A stretch of DNA of 64,000 nt from a virus, in the IMG/VR virus record IMGVR_UViG_3300036773_000146, positions 1 through 64,000 of that record; one strand, 5' to 3'. Position numbers and translations under genes: made by a program. The notes under the pieces were generated by a model. It was not told the origin of the DNA. It saw only the letters and a list, made by a program, of their open reading frames with translations, and did not search any database. Position 1 is the first letter of the stretch. Each line of letters starts with the position of its first letter. Shown here in pieces: positions 18,880 through 29,613 of the stretch.

Positions 18880-20042
18880 TCAACGCCGGTGACGGCGCAG
18901 CCGCTTCTCCTCTTGATACCGGCGGGTGTCCCGGGCCAAGGACCGCAGCGTCTTCTTGCCGGTCAGGGCCCAGCCGCCGCACTCGCACTGGTAGTAGCGA
19001 GTGGGGTTCTCCTCACGCCACGGGTCCGGATCGGCCTGGATCTGGGCCAGCCGGTGCGCGGCCCACTCGCTGGTCCGGAAGTGGACCTTCCACGGGTGCG
19101 GGCACTCGGCCGGGCCTTCGCCGTGATCGTCGTCAAGCTCAGTCATGATCAACCTCGGATTCTCTCGGGTGCCCACGCGGGCAACTGCGAGTCGCGGTAC
19201 ACACCTCGGTAGCCCTCGCCGGGGCAGTAGACGATGAACTGGCCCACGGCATCCTCGGCGTTGGCGGCCTCGACCATCCACGGCTTCCAGTCGTCCCGCA
19301 GGACCATGTAGGCCACCTTCTCCGGCCAGAGATTGGCACCGGTGCCGGAGAGGGCCGCCAGCTCGTCCAGCGACTCCTCCATCGGCCGCGTGACGATCCG
19401 GCTGTTCTCTCGCCACAGCACGCCAACCCTGCGCGCGAGGGCGAGGATCTGGGCTCGGTTGCTGCTCACGGCTGGCGCAACGCGGCGGGTGCGTCCCGGA
19501 GCGGGTCGGCGGGTACGGCAAGCTCGTTGGTCCAGGTCTCGGTCGCCGATGACCACGGCTGCGGGTAGCCGTTGACCCACGTGGCATGGGTGTTGTACGG
19601 GTGCTCGGCGAAGTCACACCGCCAGCCGTTGCGGCCGTTGACCGCCGGGCAGAACGTCCGGTCACTGCAAGGCGCGATGGCAGACAAAGCACATCCTCTT
19701 CTCATTCAAGGCTGATACCGGCGGTGGCGGTGGCGGTGGAGGGGGAAGAGTCGGCAGCAGCAGCTGGGGCCTGGCCACCTGTTGTGGCTCGGTGTCGATC
19801 AGAAAGGCCATCGACTCCCGGGCCAGCTCTTCTCCGAGCAGGTCCTGCTCGGCATGGGCCCGGTCGAATTCCGCAAGCCAGAAGTCGCTGCGCACACCCC
19901 AGTCCAGCTGCTTCTCATCGTTCTCATCCTCGGCCGGGAATCCCCACCTGGTCTGGGAATCCGCGCCACGCGCGACGATGAAGACGACGGCCAGCACGAT
20001 CGCGCCGACGAACATGACGACTGCTGTCTGCCACGTCAACAT
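18880..20042 (-). other. Small hypothetical genes (18880-19146, 19149-19469, a short gene ending at 19466, and 19662-20042 with an N-terminal TM helix)
   Basis: Coupled ORFs downstream of the promoter at 20077-20105 and the start motif at 20047. Confidence 0.6.
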
Positions 20043-20076
20043 GAGGCCTCCTGTGCGGCGGGTGGATAGTGGCCCG

Positions 20077-20105
20077 ATCTTATACCCGATCGGGTAGGTC
20101 GTCAA
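20077..20105 (-). promoter_or_regulatory. Palindrome-containing promoter
   Basis: TTGACG-N17-TAAGAT; core TACCCGATCGGGTA. Confidence 0.75.
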
Positions 20106-20163
20106 GACGGGCCTCCCAGGCTGCTCTCGTGGTGCTCCCAGGAGAATCCGTTGGGAGGCATAC

Positions 20164-20214
20164 AAAAGGGCCCTCGCACACCAATCCCGGGTAAGGATGT
20201 GACGAGGGCCCTTT
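20164..20214 (-). terminator. Intrinsic terminator
   Basis: AAAGGGCCCTCG...CGAGGGCCCTTTT. Confidence 0.7.
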
Positions 20215-20215
20215 C

Positions 20216-20344
20216 GTGAGGTGCCGGGTGGGACCGCCCAGCCAGATGGCCCTGCCCCCAGGCCCCCAGTCACCATCCTCGGAAGGCGGCAGCCGGTGAA
20301 CCCTGGGCAGTGACCAGGCCAGGTAGCCCTGTCGGGCTCCTCAC
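20216..20344 (-). ncRNA. Candidate structured sRNA (~129 nt)
   Basis: It starts 6 nt after a TAGCAT -10 box and ends at a terminator. The ends pair (GTGAGG/CCTCAC), with an internal GACA tetraloop stem and nested helices. Confidence 0.5.
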
Positions 20345-20399
20345 GTCCTCATGCTAGCAGTTCGGGTAGCTCAGCCTGAGCCGCACTGCCGCATGGGAG

Positions 20400-22803
20400 T
20401 TATTGCTGGAAGACGGCCTGCACGAAGGCAATGACCGCGTCCGCGCCGTGCTTCAGCCCGGAGAGGATTCCTCCCACCGATCCCGCCGCGTGGATGGGAT
20501 TGCTGAGAATCAGGTAGGTGACCAGGGCGACCGCCACCCAGAACAAGATGGTCTTGAACTTCACGATCAACCTCCGGTGGCGTTGTCGTGGGCGATGGCC
20601 AGCAGGTTGGCCAGCTCGTCCTCGGCCCCGTGGTGGGTCAGCCACGACTCGGACCGGTCGACACGGGAGTACACGGTCCAGCTCCGGTCTTCGTCGTTCC
20701 AGTCGACCTCGATCAGTCGTTGCATCGCGTCCTCTCAGGATGTCTTGCGCTGGCTCTTCCAACTGGCCAGCCGCAGGGCGCCGAGCATGGCGCAGGCGCC
20801 CACGGAGTCGTTCTCCCACGTGACCGCCGTGCGGCCGTGGTTGGCGCGGTCGGTGACTTCCCAGCCGGTGCGGATCCGGCGGGCACTCACCCTCTTCCCG
20901 GTGACCAGCCGGTAGTCGAACTCCTCGGTCGGAGTGCCCCAGTACTGGCATGCCCCGACGCAGTAAGCGTGGTTGCCCGGCGTCCGGGTCTCGGCGCCGT
21001 CGGCCTGGTCCACGAACGGCGTGCCGTCCGGGTGGTGGTGGTAGCCGAGCTGGCAGTCGCAGAGGACCGGCAGCTCCTGGTCGACGCAGGCGTGGGTGCG
21101 GACACGGATCATGGCGTTCTCCTCAGTCGGAGTAACCCCCAGTCAACTGTCAGTAGACCACGTCACCCGATCGTGTGGGTCGGTCCCGACTCACCACGTC
21201 TCCCGGCGGATCTCGGCCTTGCCCAGGCTGCGCACGCGGCGGGCGTAGCCGTTCTTGATGCGCTTGGTCTCGCCGCGCTGGAACGAGACGACGCGGCGAG
21301 CCCGGCGGCTGAAGGCGTCGACCTCGTCGGCGGTGGCGGCGGGGATCGGGTGACCCGGACTCATCGTGGTCCTCCTCCGGTGCGGTGGTCTGCTCTCAAC
21401 CCTACCCGTTCGAGTAGGCCTTGGCAACCAGTTCCGTGTAGGTCTTCGCGGCCCGGTCGGCGCTGGGACCGTCGTAACGCACGATCGCAAACCGATCGGT
21501 CACCAGGTAGTGCCCGGTGGAGGGCCAGTAGTCGATGAAGATCTCGCCACGATAGTGCCGGGCCACCACGATCTCGTACCGGCTCACGTACTGCGTCAGG
21601 GCCAGACCGCTCAGCTCGTCGGCGTTGTGCGGGTCCAGGTTCATCAGTCCTCCAGGAGGGGCTCGTAGCACCCGGCGCAGGTGCGCGCCCGGCCGTTGTT
21701 GTCGCGGGCGTCGTCGCCGTTGAAGATCGGCTGCGGGATCGTGTCCGAGTCCCGCCAGCGCGGGTCTTCGCCCGCGACGTCGAGGTCACGAATCTCGGTG
21801 CCGTAGAGCTTGATCTCGCTCTCCACGATCGCCGGGAGTGGCGGCAGGGTCGACACGGAGCCGATCAGGCCCAGGGTGCAGCGAGGACACCACTCGTCGG
21901 CCAGGTAGGCAAAGCCCACGACGTCAGTCGCGTGACCGTGGGCGTTGATCTCGTAGTACGTGCCGTTCCAGGCCATGACGTCGCTCCTCAGCGTCGGGGG
22001 ATGTCGTAGTAGGCGTCCAGCGCGGCACGAGAGTTGGTGCCCTGGTAGACCTCGTGGCCGTGGTCCACCACGACGTACTCGGCGGTGCCCACCCGGTAGT
22101 TGATGTAGCGGTGGTAGGCCTGGCTGAACTCGCCGAGAAGGTGTTCCAGCACCTTCTCGGCGACGAAGCCTTCCAGCTCATTCGCGGTGATCTCGTTCCG
22201 GACCATGCTCAGTTCTCCTCGGGGTCGTAGTTGTCCATCAGGTCCGCCCCCGTGGTCAGGGACAGCTCGCTCTCCAGCAGGTCGGCCAGGGTGATTCGCA
22301 GCCGCCACAGGCCCTCGTGGCCCGGGTGCTCATCGGCGGCCCAGGTGCCGACCCGGACGCTCGTGCCCTCGTCGTTCTCGATCTCGACGAACCGGCTGTT
22401 CTTGTCGCTGGGCGGTCCGTCGAAGATGATGTTGATCGCGGTCATGAGCGTGATCCTTTCAGGCAGCAAAGCGAAGACGGCCGGTCATCGGCCGTCCTCA
22501 GATGGGTCAGCACCACTCGATCTGGCGCCCGTGCTCGACGGCCCAGCTGGCCACGGCCAGCAAGTTCACCATGCGGCCGCGCAGGAAGGGGCTCATCTCG
22601 TAGTTCAGGGCCAGCTGCTCCTCCACACCGCGCAGGACCATCCCGGCATCCACGAAGCCCGCGCTGTCCACGTCCTCGACGACGAAGCCCACCAGGCCGA
22701 GCAGCTCACCCCAGGTGGCGCCCGTGGTGTTGAACTGCGGAACCGCCGTGAAGAACTCGGCGGTGTCGGTGTCGAAGTACTCGGGGCGGATTTCCAAGCT
22801 CAT
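20400..22803 (-). other. Run of small hypothetical genes (incl. 20735-21112, 21191-21364, 21402-21644, 21644-21976, 21988-22206, 22209-22445, 22507-22803)
   Basis: Coupled ORFs; start motifs at 21374 and 22813. Confidence 0.6.
21399..21427 (-). promoter_or_regulatory. Palindrome-containing promoter
   Basis: TTGCCA-N17-TAGGGT, overlapping the 3' end of the upstream gene. Confidence 0.7.
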
Positions 22804-22841
22804 GATCTTTGACCTCCGGTGCGGCCTGATGTGATGCCTCG

Positions 22842-22870
22842 ATACTACCCGATCGGGCAGAATCGGGCAA
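22842..22870 (-). promoter_or_regulatory. Palindrome-containing promoter
   Basis: TTGCCC-N17-TAGTAT. Confidence 0.7.
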
Positions 22871-22938
22871 CCACGGTCTGTGGGCTGATGTAGGGCAGGA
22901 TGCCGGAGCACGCCAATGGACGGAACGACACCCTCAGG

Positions 22939-23481
22939 ATGGATGAGATGGACCAGAGCGCAGTCCGGCTCCACGCCCTCGACCTGGCGGTGGAACTCGT
23001 CGTCAAGGAGCGGCTGGTGGCGGACGAGATCGTCCCGCTGGCCACCGAGTTCTACCGATGGATCATCGGCCCTGCTTCACTGTCCCTGGCCATGGGGCCG
23101 ATCCGGCTCCAGGACACCCAGGAAACCACCGGAAGGAACGCCAGCGTCATGACGCAGCTTCACGACAACGAGGAATTCGACATCGAGCTGTCGGCCGCCG
23201 ACGCCAAGGGCGCGGCCGTGAGCGACGACCCCACGTCCACCACCGACGACCCGAGCTTCGTCACCTCGGACCCGGCCGTGTTCACCTACGTGGTGGACCC
23301 GGCCAACCCGCGCAAGGCAACCGTCGTGGCGGGCCTGCCCGGCTCGGCCGTCGGCACCGTGTCCCTGGGCTCGATCACCGCGACCCACGCGGTGGACGTC
23401 GTCCCGGCCGGGATCGCCACCGTGTCGCTCGCCGAGGGCACCGTGCGCGAGCAGGCTCCGGTGGTCCCGCCGCAGGTTTGA
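22939..23481 (+). CDS. Protein with a C-terminal Ig-like beta domain (possible virion decoration protein)
   Basis: Isolated plus-strand ORF with a beta-rich C-terminus (FVTSDPAVFTYVVD...ATVVAG.PGSAVGTV), ending at a bidirectional terminator. The start is uncertain. Confidence 0.6.
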   Translation: MDEMDQSAVRLHALDLAVELVVKERLVADEIVPLATEFYRWIIGPASLSLAMGPIRLQDTQETTGRNASVMTQLHDNEEFDIELSAADAKGAAVSDDPTSTTDDPSFVTSDPAVFTYVVDPANPRKATVVAGLPGSAVGTVSLGSITATHAVDVVPAGIATVSLAEGTVREQAPVVPPQV

Positions 23482-23496
23482 CCTCCACCTGCACAC

Positions 23497-23538
23497 ACAA
23501 AGCCCCTGGGAGCGCGAGTTGCTCCCAGGGGCTTTGTC
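23497..23538. terminator. Bidirectional terminator
   Basis: ACAAAGCCCCTGGGAGC...GCTCCCAGGGGCTTTGT between convergent genes. Confidence 0.8.
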
Positions 23539-23545
23539 ATGTCGG

Positions 23546-23998
23546 TCAGAGCCAGCTGCCGTGCAGGTAGCCCTCGTCGGCGAGCCGCTTGACCCAGGAG
23601 CGGATGCGGCTCCATTCATTGACGATCAGAGCCTCGACGTGGTCCTTGCCGTCGGCCCACGGAAAGTCGTAGGTGTGCAGGCTTTCCAGCAGGCGAATGT
23701 GGTCGTAATCCTTCTGCGCGGAGAACTGCGGGAAGCCGCAGTTCTCCTGGATCCAGTAGTCCGTGGCGGCCTGCCCGGCCAGCAGGACAACGCAGAGCCG
23801 GTACAGCTCGTCGAAGTGCGGGTAGCTCTCCGGGTCGAGGAACCGGCTGCCCTTACGCAAGTCGATGATGCCGGTCTTCCCATGAACAGAGGGGCCGTCT
23901 CCGTAGACGGTGATGTCCCCGACGTCCAGGTCGAAATGCCTGGCGGCCACGGCATGCCCCAGCTCGTGGGCGGCGATGGTCATCAACTGCCGGTTCAC
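23546..23998 (-). CDS. M41/FtsH-like zinc metallopeptidase domain protein
   Basis: AAHELGHAV...LLAGQAA...D; GTG start after the start motif at 24004. Confidence 0.7.
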   Translation of the reverse strand: MNRQLMTIAAHELGHAVAARHFDLDVGDITVYGDGPSVHGKTGIIDLRKGSRFLDPESYPHFDELYRLCVVLLAGQAATDYWIQENCGFPQFSAQKDYDHIRLLESLHTYDFPWADGKDHVEALIVNEWSRIRSWVKRLADEGYLHGSWL

Positions 23999-24045
23999 GT
24001 CGGCCTCCTGTGCGGTCTCTCGCAAGACTACCCGAAAGGGGTGGG

Positions 24046-24393
24046 TCAGATCCACTCGACGCCGTAGGCATCAGCCATGTAGCCCAGCCACTGGCCCGCG
24101 TACTCGTCGCCCAGCTCGAAGGCGATGACCATGGCCTCGACGAGGCCCAGCACCTGGCCGGTGCTCAGGCGCATGTGGCCGAGGGCACCCCACCAGCGCG
24201 CGCCCTGCTCGACCGGCCAGCCCGTGTACTGCTCGGCCCAGTCGCATCCGGCGAAGGCAGCCGTCTCCAGGGCTTGAGCCAGCTTGGCGGTCGTACCCGG
24301 ACCGAAGTTCTGCTCGTGCGGGGCCGGAAAGGCCCTGAGCGCGTCCAGGAGGGCCTGGACGGCCTCCACGGACCCGAAGGTGTAGCTGGTCAT
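24046..24393 (-). CDS. Hypothetical protein
   Basis: Start motif at 24402-24413. Confidence 0.7.
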   Translation of the reverse strand: MTSYTFGSVEAVQALLDALRAFPAPHEQNFGPGTTAKLAQALETAAFAGCDWAEQYTGWPVEQGARWWGALGHMRLSTGQVLGLVEAMVIAFELGDEYAGQWLGYMADAYGVEWI

Positions 24394-24534
24394 GTCACGG
24401 ACCTCCTGTGCGGTCTCACGGCTTGTTTCGGGAGGCCGCAGGGCCGGAGAATCCGACCTCCGGCCCTGCGCCTCGACCCCCGAGGGCCACAGCGCGCGAA
24501 CACTGCGGTTCCGCGTCCTCGGGTGAGGGTGGTC

Positions 24535-25008
24535 TTACAGGTGCCGCTGGCGCAGCACTTTCTTCTCCAGCAGCACCGGGATCAGGTCGAGCAACTCGCT
24601 CCACACCGGCCGCAGGATGTCTCGGGCGCGGATCATGGAGTCCTCCCAGGTGTAGTCCAGGAGCTGCCGCCACTCGGGCGGGTTGTAGGCCAAGTCGCGG
24701 GCGTGCAGCTCCCGGTCGGCGACGGCAGTCTCCGGTGCGACCTTGTCCGGGCAGAACTCGGAGTACCACATCTCCAGCGCCACCTGGCCGCCGGTGAACG
24801 TCGCCAGGTAATTCTGGTAGAACTCCTGGTCGGGGATGTTGTCCTCGAAGGGAACAAGCACGGACTCCGAGTAGCAGACGCCGGTCAGCTCGTCGGAGAA
24901 CCACCCGGCCTTGAACACGCGGACCTTCTCCAGCGGGATGCCCGCGTACTTGCCGGTCAGCACGTGGCCCAGCTCGTGGGCGGCCACGGCCTCGTCGGGG
25001 ATTCTCAC
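24535..25008 (-). CDS. Second M41/FtsH-like zinc metallopeptidase domain protein
   Basis: AAHELGHVL...FTGGQVA...D. Confidence 0.7.
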   Translation of the reverse strand: MRIPDEAVAAHELGHVLTGKYAGIPLEKVRVFKAGWFSDELTGVCYSESVLVPFEDNIPDQEFYQNYLATFTGGQVALEMWYSEFCPDKVAPETAVADRELHARDLAYNPPEWRQLLDYTWEDSMIRARDILRPVWSELLDLIPVLLEKKVLRQRHL

Positions 25009-25025
25009 GCCAGCCTCTCTTTCCT

Positions 25026-26446
25026 CTCAGCGACGGCGGCCTCAGGCCAGTCCGTCGAGCATCTTCTTCAGCTTCGGATCCTGGGAGAGGCGTTCGATCG
25101 CCTCGTCGAGGGCGTACACGGCGTCGAACATCGCGGCCGTCTCGCCGTCGAGCCGGATGCCGCGCCGGTACACGCGGACGATGTTCTGGAACTCCTGGGC
25201 CTGCTGCTCGGCCGGAGTCATCGCGGCCGGGCCAGGTACTCGAAGAACTCGGCCAGCTTCGGGTCCCGGGAGAGGCGCTCGTACTCGACCTGGACCTGCG
25301 CCATTACGTCCGTGTCGACCCGATGGTCCGGCGCGGTCAGGTAGACCCGCAGGATCGCCTGGAAGCTCAGCGTCTGGCGCTCGGCCGGAGTCAGGCTCTC
25401 GACGGCGCTCACGTCAGGTCCGCCCCTCGGCGCGGCTTGAACTGCGGCGCGTGGTCCTTGAGCGTGAGCTGCACCGTGCCGTTACCGTGCCTGCTGACGC
25501 TGGTGAGATGGCAGCTCCCGAAGGGCAGCAGCACGTAGTCGCCGGACGCGACCTCCACGCTCTGCTTCTCACCGCTCTCCAGGTCTTCGACGGTCACCCG
25601 GAATCCCTTGTCGCTCATCGGCTCCCACTCTCGATCTGCAAGCGCTGGTTCTCCCAGCGGTCGAACACGGTCTGGTTGTCGGCGACCTTGAGGTAGGGCA
25701 GGAAGATCTGCCGCAGGCTGACCATCTCGGTCTCGATGATCGCCGTCTGGGCGCGAACCCAGTCGCGCATGATCGCCCAGGCCACCCGCTCCGCGTGCTC
25801 GCGGGTCTTCTGCTTGGGCGGCAACCGGTCGGCCTTGAGCACGTCGAACACGGCGTCCACCCGCACCGGCAGCGTGTAGTGGAAGACCTCGCCGTCGATC
25901 TGGATGGCGAAGGACAGGCCGATCAGGTGACCGGCGTTGTCGTACTCGGAGGCGATACCACGCGCACCGGCCTTGACGAGGTCCTTAGTGATCGCGGCCG
26001 CCGAGCGGTCCGGCGCCATGCCGGTTGTATAATTCGCTATACTCATCGGACGTACCTCGCGTGCAGGCGGATGGCCTCCACGAGCAGCATCGCCGCGTCA
26101 TGCAGATCCATGATCTCCTCGGCACTCAGTTCGGCGAGCGCCCGGTCGAGCACGGTGCCGTCACCGGAGAGCAGGCCGCGCATCACGTCGGCACCGGCAT
26201 CCTGCACGAGTGCCGAGGACGGACGGGGGTAGCTGGGCATCAGGCCTCCCGGACGCTGAAGTCGTGGCTGCGGACGATCTCCTGGAACTCGTTCTGCGGG
26301 ATCTGGCTGAACCGCAGCTCGGCGTCCTTGCCGAGCAGGGCGTAGGAGTCGGCCAGCTCGCGGGCGATGCCCTCGACGTCGTAGCCGCCGTCCCAGGGGG
26401 ACAGCTCGCGGACGATGAGGATTTCCAGGCCGGAGATGGTGAGCAT
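25026..26446 (-). other. Operon of small hypothetical genes (incl. 25218-25412, 25409-25618, 25615-26046, 26043-26240, 26240-26446)
   Basis: Coupled ORFs after the promoter at 26480-26508 and the start motif at 26452. Confidence 0.65.
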
Positions 26447-26479
26447 CGAGACCTCCTGTGCGGTCGTGGTGATATATCC

Positions 26480-26508
26480 AGCCTACCCGAACGAGTATGG
26501 GCATGCAA
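26480..26508 (-). promoter_or_regulatory. Palindrome-containing promoter
   Basis: TTGCAT-N17-TAGGCT, directly downstream of a terminator hairpin at ~26507-26541. Confidence 0.7.
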
Positions 26509-26552
26509 GAGCGCCCGGCACGCTGGGCACCGGGCGCTCTTGATCAGGTGGA

Positions 26553-28574
26553 CTAGCTGTGCAGAGCGATCGACTCCTCGTCGACCTGGAACGCCGGGCC
26601 CGCCGTCGGCGCGGCCCAGGTGTAGGTCCAGTCCACGTGCGTGGCACCGTCGGGGGCGACGAGCGTGCCCCCGGCCTGGGTCCAGTCCGTGACGCGAACC
26701 AGAGTCACGTCGTCCTGGCGGACGACCGCGCCGTCATCGCCCCGCCAGCGGACGTGCCAGGTGACCGTCGGCATGGTCGCGGCGGACTCCTTGTACCAGA
26801 CCGACGCGTCGTAGCTCGCGCCCGCCGTGACACCCTCGTAGCCGGGGTAGTTGTCGGTCTCGACGCCCGAGCCCCACGGGTCGGTGGTGGTGAACTTCAT
26901 CGAGCCGGTGCCGCCATTGGCGCCACCGCGCACCGGGGCTACGTCGACCCCGTACTGGGCGACGTCCTTGCCCAGGTCGTATCCGTTGTGCGCCAGCACA
27001 GCCGGACCAGGGACCGGAGTGGTCGTGCTGGTCGGCGGGCTGGTCGGATCCGAGGACGGCGGCGGAGTACTGGATCCACCACCGGACGGGAAGGTGCTGC
27101 CCGCGTCCTGGCCGTAGGGGCTCGCCTGCCACTGGGCGGGGGTGAGCGTGGTGTCGGTGGACTTGGCCACGAAACTCCACGGGCCCGTGTAGGTGTTGTC
27201 GTGCCACGAGTTGTTCGCGTGGAAGGTGATGTTCTGCTGGATCGAGTCGGCCGTGTACGGCGACCAGGACGGGTAGGTGCCCCAGTTGGAGAGCAGGCCC
27301 TGGCGGCCGCAGTAGGTCGGGTTGCAGCCGCCGGTGCCGATCGCGACCGGGTCGTAGGTGAACTCGTTGGCGTGCACCTCGACGTTCTTGGTCCACCAGC
27401 GGCAGTCGGTGTACAGCGGGTCGGTGTTGATGCCCGGCGCCGCGCAGTCGGCGGTGGTCGGGTGGACCAGCGTGCAGGTGCCCGAGGACGTGTTGGCCGG
27501 GCTGTTGCAGAAGCGGTCCGCGTTGGCCCAGGCGATCACGCCGCCCCAGTTGTTCTCGAACAGGTTGCCGGTCACGTCGATCTTGGACGTGCGCGCGGCC
27601 ACGCGGGATTCACCGTCGGTCTCGGACAGGTAGATCGCGCCGACCGGGAAGTTGTCCCCGGAGGTGGCCCGCTTCTGCCCGGCCTTGATGGCGTTGCCCC
27701 GGAAGACGTTGTCCTTGATCTGGGCGTTGTAGCTGATCTCGTAGAGCAGACCCTCGGACTCGTTGTCCTCGATCAGGTTGCCCGACACCAGGAAGTCGTT
27801 GTTGTTGGTGTCGGCCCACAGGCCCACGCCGTGGTTGGCGTGGATCCAGTTGCCGGTCACGTCGGCCTTGTTCACGGCCCAGAACTTCACGCCGCCCGAG
27901 CAGCCGCAGCCGGGCTGCACCGTCTCCCAGTCGCCGGTGTTGTTGCCGGTGATCTCGTTGCCGGACAGGGTGAGGTTGCCCAGGCCGCCGGACTTGTAGG
28001 CGTTCAGGCCGTACTGGCCGTTGTCCTTGAGGCAGTTGCCGGAGATCGTGTTGTCCGCGCCCGCCATGAGCGCGGCGCCGTTGTTGCCGATGATCGTGTT
28101 GGCCTGCACGGTCCAGCCGTTGCCGGAGTCGTGGTTCACCACGCCCTCGTCCTGCGGCGCGATGAAGTTCGTGATCGTCAGGTGCTCGACCGACACCCCG
28201 GCGACGTCCTGGGTGAAGGCGTACTTGTTCAGGTGCTGGCCGTCGAGGACCGCGCCCGGCGCGCCGAGGTAGGTCGATCCGGCCTTGGCCTGGATCTGGC
28301 TGTACTGGTCGGTGCCGAGGATGTGCGTTCCGGTGGCGAAGTAGTAGGTGGTGTCCGCCGCCCAGGTCTGGCCGGAGTTGTCCCCGGTCGGGACGGTGAC
28401 CGCTCCGGCCGGTGCCGTGGTCGGTCCGTCGAGCGCGGCGGTACCGCACACGGCGGCCGGGTTGGTGGTGGGATAGCTCGGGGTGGCCCCCACCGGGGAC
28501 GCGATGACAGCGGTACAGCCCGCCACCACCAGCGTCACAGCGCCGAGGATCAGCGCGGCTCTTCGTCGGTGCAT
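26553..28574 (-). CDS. Secreted right-handed parallel beta-helix (pectin-lyase-like) protein with a C-terminal carbohydrate-binding-like domain
   Basis: Signal peptide or lipobox (VAGC), many Asn-ladder repeats (N.I..N...G), a Pro/Ser/Thr linker and a C-terminal beta-sandwich. Confidence 0.8.
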   Translation of the reverse strand: MHRRRAALILGAVTLVVAGCTAVIASPVGATPSYPTTNPAAVCGTAALDGPTTAPAGAVTVPTGDNSGQTWAADTTYYFATGTHILGTDQYSQIQAKAGSTYLGAPGAVLDGQHLNKYAFTQDVAGVSVEHLTITNFIAPQDEGVVNHDSGNGWTVQANTIIGNNGAALMAGADNTISGNCLKDNGQYGLNAYKSGGLGNLTLSGNEITGNNTGDWETVQPGCGCSGGVKFWAVNKADVTGNWIHANHGVGLWADTNNNDFLVSGNLIEDNESEGLLYEISYNAQIKDNVFRGNAIKAGQKRATSGDNFPVGAIYLSETDGESRVAARTSKIDVTGNLFENNWGGVIAWANADRFCNSPANTSSGTCTLVHPTTADCAAPGINTDPLYTDCRWWTKNVEVHANEFTYDPVAIGTGGCNPTYCGRQGLLSNWGTYPSWSPYTADSIQQNITFHANNSWHDNTYTGPWSFVAKSTDTTLTPAQWQASPYGQDAGSTFPSGGGSSTPPPSSDPTSPPTSTTTPVPGPAVLAHNGYDLGKDVAQYGVDVAPVRGGANGGTGSMKFTTTDPWGSGVETDNYPGYEGVTAGASYDASVWYKESAATMPTVTWHVRWRGDDGAVVRQDDVTLVRVTDWTQAGGTLVAPDGATHVDWTYTWAAPTAGPAFQVDEESIALHS

Positions 28575-28649
28575 GAATTTCCTTCTGTAGGAGGAGAAAA
28601 GCGCCCACGAGGTCGTGGGCGCTTCATCCGGTATGAAGTTTTCGCGCTC

Positions 28650-28678
28650 AGCTTATGTTACCCAAAGGAGTAGGGCAA
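28650..28678 (-). promoter_or_regulatory. Promoter with a degenerate palindrome
   Basis: TTGCCC-N17-TAAGCT; TTACCCAAAGGAGTAG. Confidence 0.55.
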
Positions 28679-28976
28679 GGCGCGCTGAGTCGCGGTCGGA
28701 TCACATCATCTGCGCGGACAGTTCTTGGTGTGCGATCCGCGCCACCCCAAGCAGATCGAGCACTGATCCGGGTGGATGAAGATCCGGGCGAGAAGTTTGA
28801 TCATGATTCTCTCACCTCCCGCCAGGCCTCTGGCGTCGTCGATCCGACCGGGCGCTGCATGAGCACCCGGGACAGATCTTCGCGCACGCGCCGGACGGCG
28901 GTGTCCTTCGAGCGGAACGGCCCGATCACCGACGTGCTGTCGTCGTAGCGGTAACCGAACTCGGCCTCGTCCCGGC

Positions 28977-29546
28977 TCATCGGTCCTCCCAGCTGCTATC
29001 GCCGAACTCCCGGGCCGTCCATACGCCCTCGCCGGACTCGATGTCGGTGACGGCGTAGACCTCCACCTCGCCGCAGTCGTCGAAGGTGTTGGACACGTTG
29101 GCACTCAGGTCGTTGCGGTCGACGGCCTTCTGGACCGCCTCCCGGACCGAGTCCGCCCTGACGTAAATCACCTGGCTCATCTGGCGCACCAACATCACGT
29201 GGTATTCGGGCATGGGTCAGTCCTCCTGGTCGAATAGGCGGAAGTTGGCGATGCCACCGACGACCGGGCCGGTGAAAGCCAGGGTGCCCGCCGCGTCGCC
29301 GAGGTCACGAGCGAACTCGACTCGCACCCGCACCGAACCCCGGGGCGAGATGCGCTGACTGGTTCGCACCACACGGCCGTAGGGCGAGTCCTCCTTGAGG
29401 CCGCGCACGATGATCTCGTCCTTGACCCGGGCGACCACGGAGAAGCTCGCGCCGGTGTCGGCCTCGACGTAGAAGTTGCGCAGGTCCGAGTACGGCGCGC
29501 GAGCCAAGATCTCTGCTGCGGTGATCTGGGTGAGCCTCTCGCTCAT
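28977..29546 (-). other. Small hypothetical genes (28977-29213, 29217-29546)
   Basis: Start motif at 29552. Confidence 0.65.
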
Positions 29547-29576
29547 GACTACCTCCGGTGCGGTGTCGGTGTACAA

Positions 29577-29609
29577 CGCCACCCTACCCGTTCAGGTAGG
29601 GTGGCGCAA
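29577..29609 (-). promoter_or_regulatory. Promoter within an extended inverted repeat
   Basis: TTGCGC-N17-TAGGGT; arms CGCCACC/GGTGGCG. Confidence 0.8.
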
Positions 29610-29613
29610 GGGG

